Below, in pieces: positions 37,377 to 39,576 of a stretch of DNA of 39,576 nucleotides. The notes under the pieces were generated by a model that was not told the DNA's origin, did not search any database, and worked only from the letters and a program-made list of their open reading frames with translations. The position numbers were made by a program, and so were the translations under genes. Origin of the DNA: an uncultured euryarchaeote (GTDB lineage: Archaea; Thermoplasmatota; Poseidoniia; Poseidoniales; Poseidoniaceae); contig CAXGZM010000003.1 of the NCBI GenBank assembly GCA_964014165.1, forward strand, positions 1 through 39,576, in the 5' to 3' direction. Each line of letters opens with the position of its first letter. Within the stretch, counting starts at the first letter, position 1.

Positions 37377-39576
37377 ATGGAAGGGAACGACGGGGCCGCC
37401 GACGTCACGCCTTCCGAGGACGACGACGTGCTGCGGGAACAGTCGTTCAAGCGACCTCAAGGCCTCAACCTTGACTCGTTCATGGTGGCCACTCCACCGG
37501 TCGCCGACCCACCGGACAGCGAGGGCGCCGGTGAGGCAATTTCAGCTCCCGAGGGCCGCTCCACCGACTCAACCACGCAGACGACGGCTCACGGCAAACA
37601 AGCGGATGACAAAGACGCCGCCGTGGGCGATGTCAAAGCGCTCTTCACCATGGAACGCACCGAGGAGCGCCCCACCGACTCAACCACGCAGATGGCGGTC
37701 CACGGTGAGCAAACGATCGGCAAGGGCTTGGCCGTGGCCATGGTGGTGGTTTGGACGGCCATCGGCGCCTTGGTCGGAACGGTTCTTCCGCCCTTGCTGG
37801 GTGGTCTGGGTCTGCTGACCATGGCCATGGTCGGTCTTTGGCTTGGCGAGCGCTGGATTCGGCGCGATGCCATGCATTTGCTCGGTATTACGTGGGTCAT
37901 TATCTCGATGAAACTTCTGTACGGTTTGGCCCTTGACGCTTGGCGATGGGGGTGGCTGGAAGGTCTCGGTGTTCCAGAGAGCCAAGTGCTCGGCGGGTTG
38001 ATGCTGGCCCTTGTTGGCGTGAACGTCGCCCTGGCGTTCCGCCATGACGAAGACGCGATTGCCGCTCAATCGGCGCTCGTCTTGTTTGCCGTGGGAAGCT
38101 CAGCCGGCGCCGTCTACGGTGAGGTGGGCATTGCGGTGCTGATCGTCTTGGCCATGGCGCTGATGCACGGGTTGGCCTTGATTCGTTCATCAGGGAACCT
38201 GGCCAGTCTCGGGATTTCAATGTCGTACTTGTGGGTGGGCGTCCACGCCCTTTCCAACGATTGGACCGTGTTTTCCCTCACGTTGTTGCCCGTGGATAAC
38301 GACCTGACACTGTTCCTTCTCCTGAGCGTGGTGACGGCTGCAAACGCGTCCATGGCAGCAGCCTTTGTGCATCATGAAAATTGGCTGAGTCAAGCCGTTC
38401 ATGCGGTTGGTCTCGGCAAACCCGGTTTGTGGGCTGTGTCCGTCTCCCTCGGGATGGTGGGCGCGCTGATGACCATTGCTGCGCACCGAACAGAGACGGG
38501 GTATGCGCTTGCGCAACTGATGCTCTTGACATTGGCGTTCACGTCTTCGTACCTGGTGGTACGCGGTGTTCCGTGGACCAAACTGATGCCGTTCGTGCTC
38601 GCACCCATGCCGTTTCTCATCGCCGGCTTGGCCTTGCTCAATGCGGGCGTTCTCACCCTCACCTTCCCGCTCGAGTTGAGCGAATATTCCATGTTTGCGC
38701 TCGCAACGACAGGCCTGTGCATTGGGGTGTTGCTGACGCACCAAGCCAACGTGTCCGACCATGTCCTGTGGATGGGCGGGTTGGTCATCGTCCTCCTCCT
38801 GACCCTTCTCATCCCCGCCGAGGACGGTGGTCGCCAGGGTCGGCTTCTCTTGGTGTCGCAGGCCGCCGTTTGGCTCGGCTTGGGTGCCATCGCCGTGTTG
38901 CGCCATTCGCCGTCCATCGCCGGTGTTGCCGTTCTGGCCCCCTACCTCTGGTTGCTTGCATTTGCCACGGACGTCGAACAGCGCTTGGTCAACGCCGACC
39001 TTGTACCGATCGTGTTGTCCGAGGTGGATCTCGGTGTGTGGATGGTCCTGTTGATCGTTCAGCAAGTGGGTGTCAACCACCGTCTTGGTGATGCGAATCT
39101 CAACCTTGCCGGCGGCCTCGCAGGCTTCTCGGAGATGAGCTCCCGTGTTCGGGATTCAGAAATGCTCACGCTCTGGAACCTTGGTTTCCTGCTGGCTTGT
39201 CTCTCGTTCGTCGCCACCACTCGCCCTGCGGGGGTGACGGCCTTGGGTGCACTGGGTGGCATGGCCATCTTGTTGCTGGCGCACGCCGGCATGACCTGGT
39301 TGGGCCTCCATCGTGGTCGTCCACAGACGCTGGTCATCGTTTGGTCAATGGCCGCGCTTTCCATTGCGTGGAATTACGGCTTGGAGGCCGGCTGGGCGCT
39401 GGCCCTCACCCTCGGAAGCATCGTGCTCATTGCAGCAGCAGCTCAGCGCGTGGACGACGTGGAGGCGTCGCACGGCGATCCGACCGTTCGCACCCTCCCC
39501 GGGCGTCTGATGACGGTTCATCTCGGCATGATGACGGCGTTGTTCCTCGTGGTGGCGCTCGGCCCACAGCGAACGA
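37377..39576 (+). CDS. Large multi-pass membrane protein, 3'-truncated at the window end
   Basis: Open frame from ATG 37377 (MEGNDGAADV...) with an acidic N-terminus, then many TM helices (AMVVVWTAIGALVG, LLGITWVIISMKLLYG...). It is absent from the ORF track, apparently because no stop lies in the window. TTCATG at -29. Confidence 0.85.
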   Translation, partial: MEGNDGAADVTPSEDDDVLREQSFKRPQGLNLDSFMVATPPVADPPDSEGAGEAISAPEGRSTDSTTQTTAHGKQADDKDAAVGDVKALFTMERTEERPTDSTTQMAVHGEQTIGKGLAVAMVVVWTAIGALVGTVLPPLLGGLGLLTMAMVGLWLGERWIRRDAMHLLGITWVIISMKLLYGLALDAWRWGWLEGLGVPESQVLGGLMLALVGVNVALAFRHDEDAIAAQSALVLFAVGSSAGAVYGEVGIAVLIVLAMALMHGLALIRSSGNLASLGISMSYLWVGVHALSNDWTVFSLTLLPVDNDLTLFLLLSVVTAANASMAAAFVHHENWLSQAVHAVGLGKPGLWAVSVSLGMVGALMTIAAHRTETGYALAQLMLLTLAFTSSYLVVRGVPWTKLMPFVLAPMPFLIAGLALLNAGVLTLTFPLELSEYSMFALATTGLCIGVLLTHQANVSDHVLWMGGLVIVLLLTLLIPAEDGGRQGRLLLVSQAAVWLGLGAIAVLRHSPSIAGVAVLAPYLWLLAFATDVEQRLVNADLVPIVLSEVDLGVWMVLLIVQQVGVNHRLGDANLNLAGGLAGFSEMSSRVRDSEMLTLWNLGFLLACLSFVATTRPAGVTALGALGGMAILLLAHAGMTWLGLHRGRPQTLVIVWSMAALSIAWNYGLEAGWALALTLGSIVLIAAAAQRVDDVEASHGDPTVRTLPGRLMTVHLGMMTALFLVVALGPQRT
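37550..37712 (+). repeat. Direct repeat within the CDS (21-bp perfect core, about 50-bp imperfect, 111-bp period)
   Basis: CCACCGACTCAACCACGCAGA at 37561-37581 and 37672-37692, encoding EGRSTDSTTQTTAHGKQ and EERPTDSTTQMAVHGEQ. Confidence 0.85.

Noticed and set aside
37561-37692. 21-bp direct repeat as a mini-CRISPR or attachment site
   Set aside because: Only two copies, an in-frame 111-bp period inside a CDS, similarity extending beyond the core, and no cas or integrase genes.

Overview
Gene-dense, GC-rich (roughly 60% by eye) archaeal chromosomal fragment, most consistent with Marine Group II Euryarchaeota (Poseidoniales). It carries archaeal markers (TFB, phosphopantothenate synthetase, THEP1-type NTPase, Pcc1-like protein) mixed with bacterial-type metabolic genes (fumC, pckA, gcvH, xth, RhlE-like helicase, glutathione peroxidase). 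The taxonomic call is inferred from gene content, not from a search. Bases 1-44 are an untrimmed Illumina Nextera adapter. About 46 CDS are supported, and those at both ends are truncated. I saw no rRNA, tRNA, CRISPR array or transposase. Most notable: (1) a class II fumarase with an in-frame N-terminal ribbon-helix-helix DNA-binding-like domain and a palindrome at its own promoter, a candidate trigger enzyme; (2) a bacterial-type topoisomerase IB with an insertion; (3) a TerB-TerB-orphan N6-adenine methyltransferase cluster; (4) a DEAD-box helicase followed by a PIN-TPR nuclease; (5) a COG4337/iota-like carbonic anhydrase candidate; (6) an AT-rich, synonymously recoded patch inside hflX; (7) a degenerate TT[C/G]A[A/T] TATA-like element 28-30 nt upstream of many start codons.
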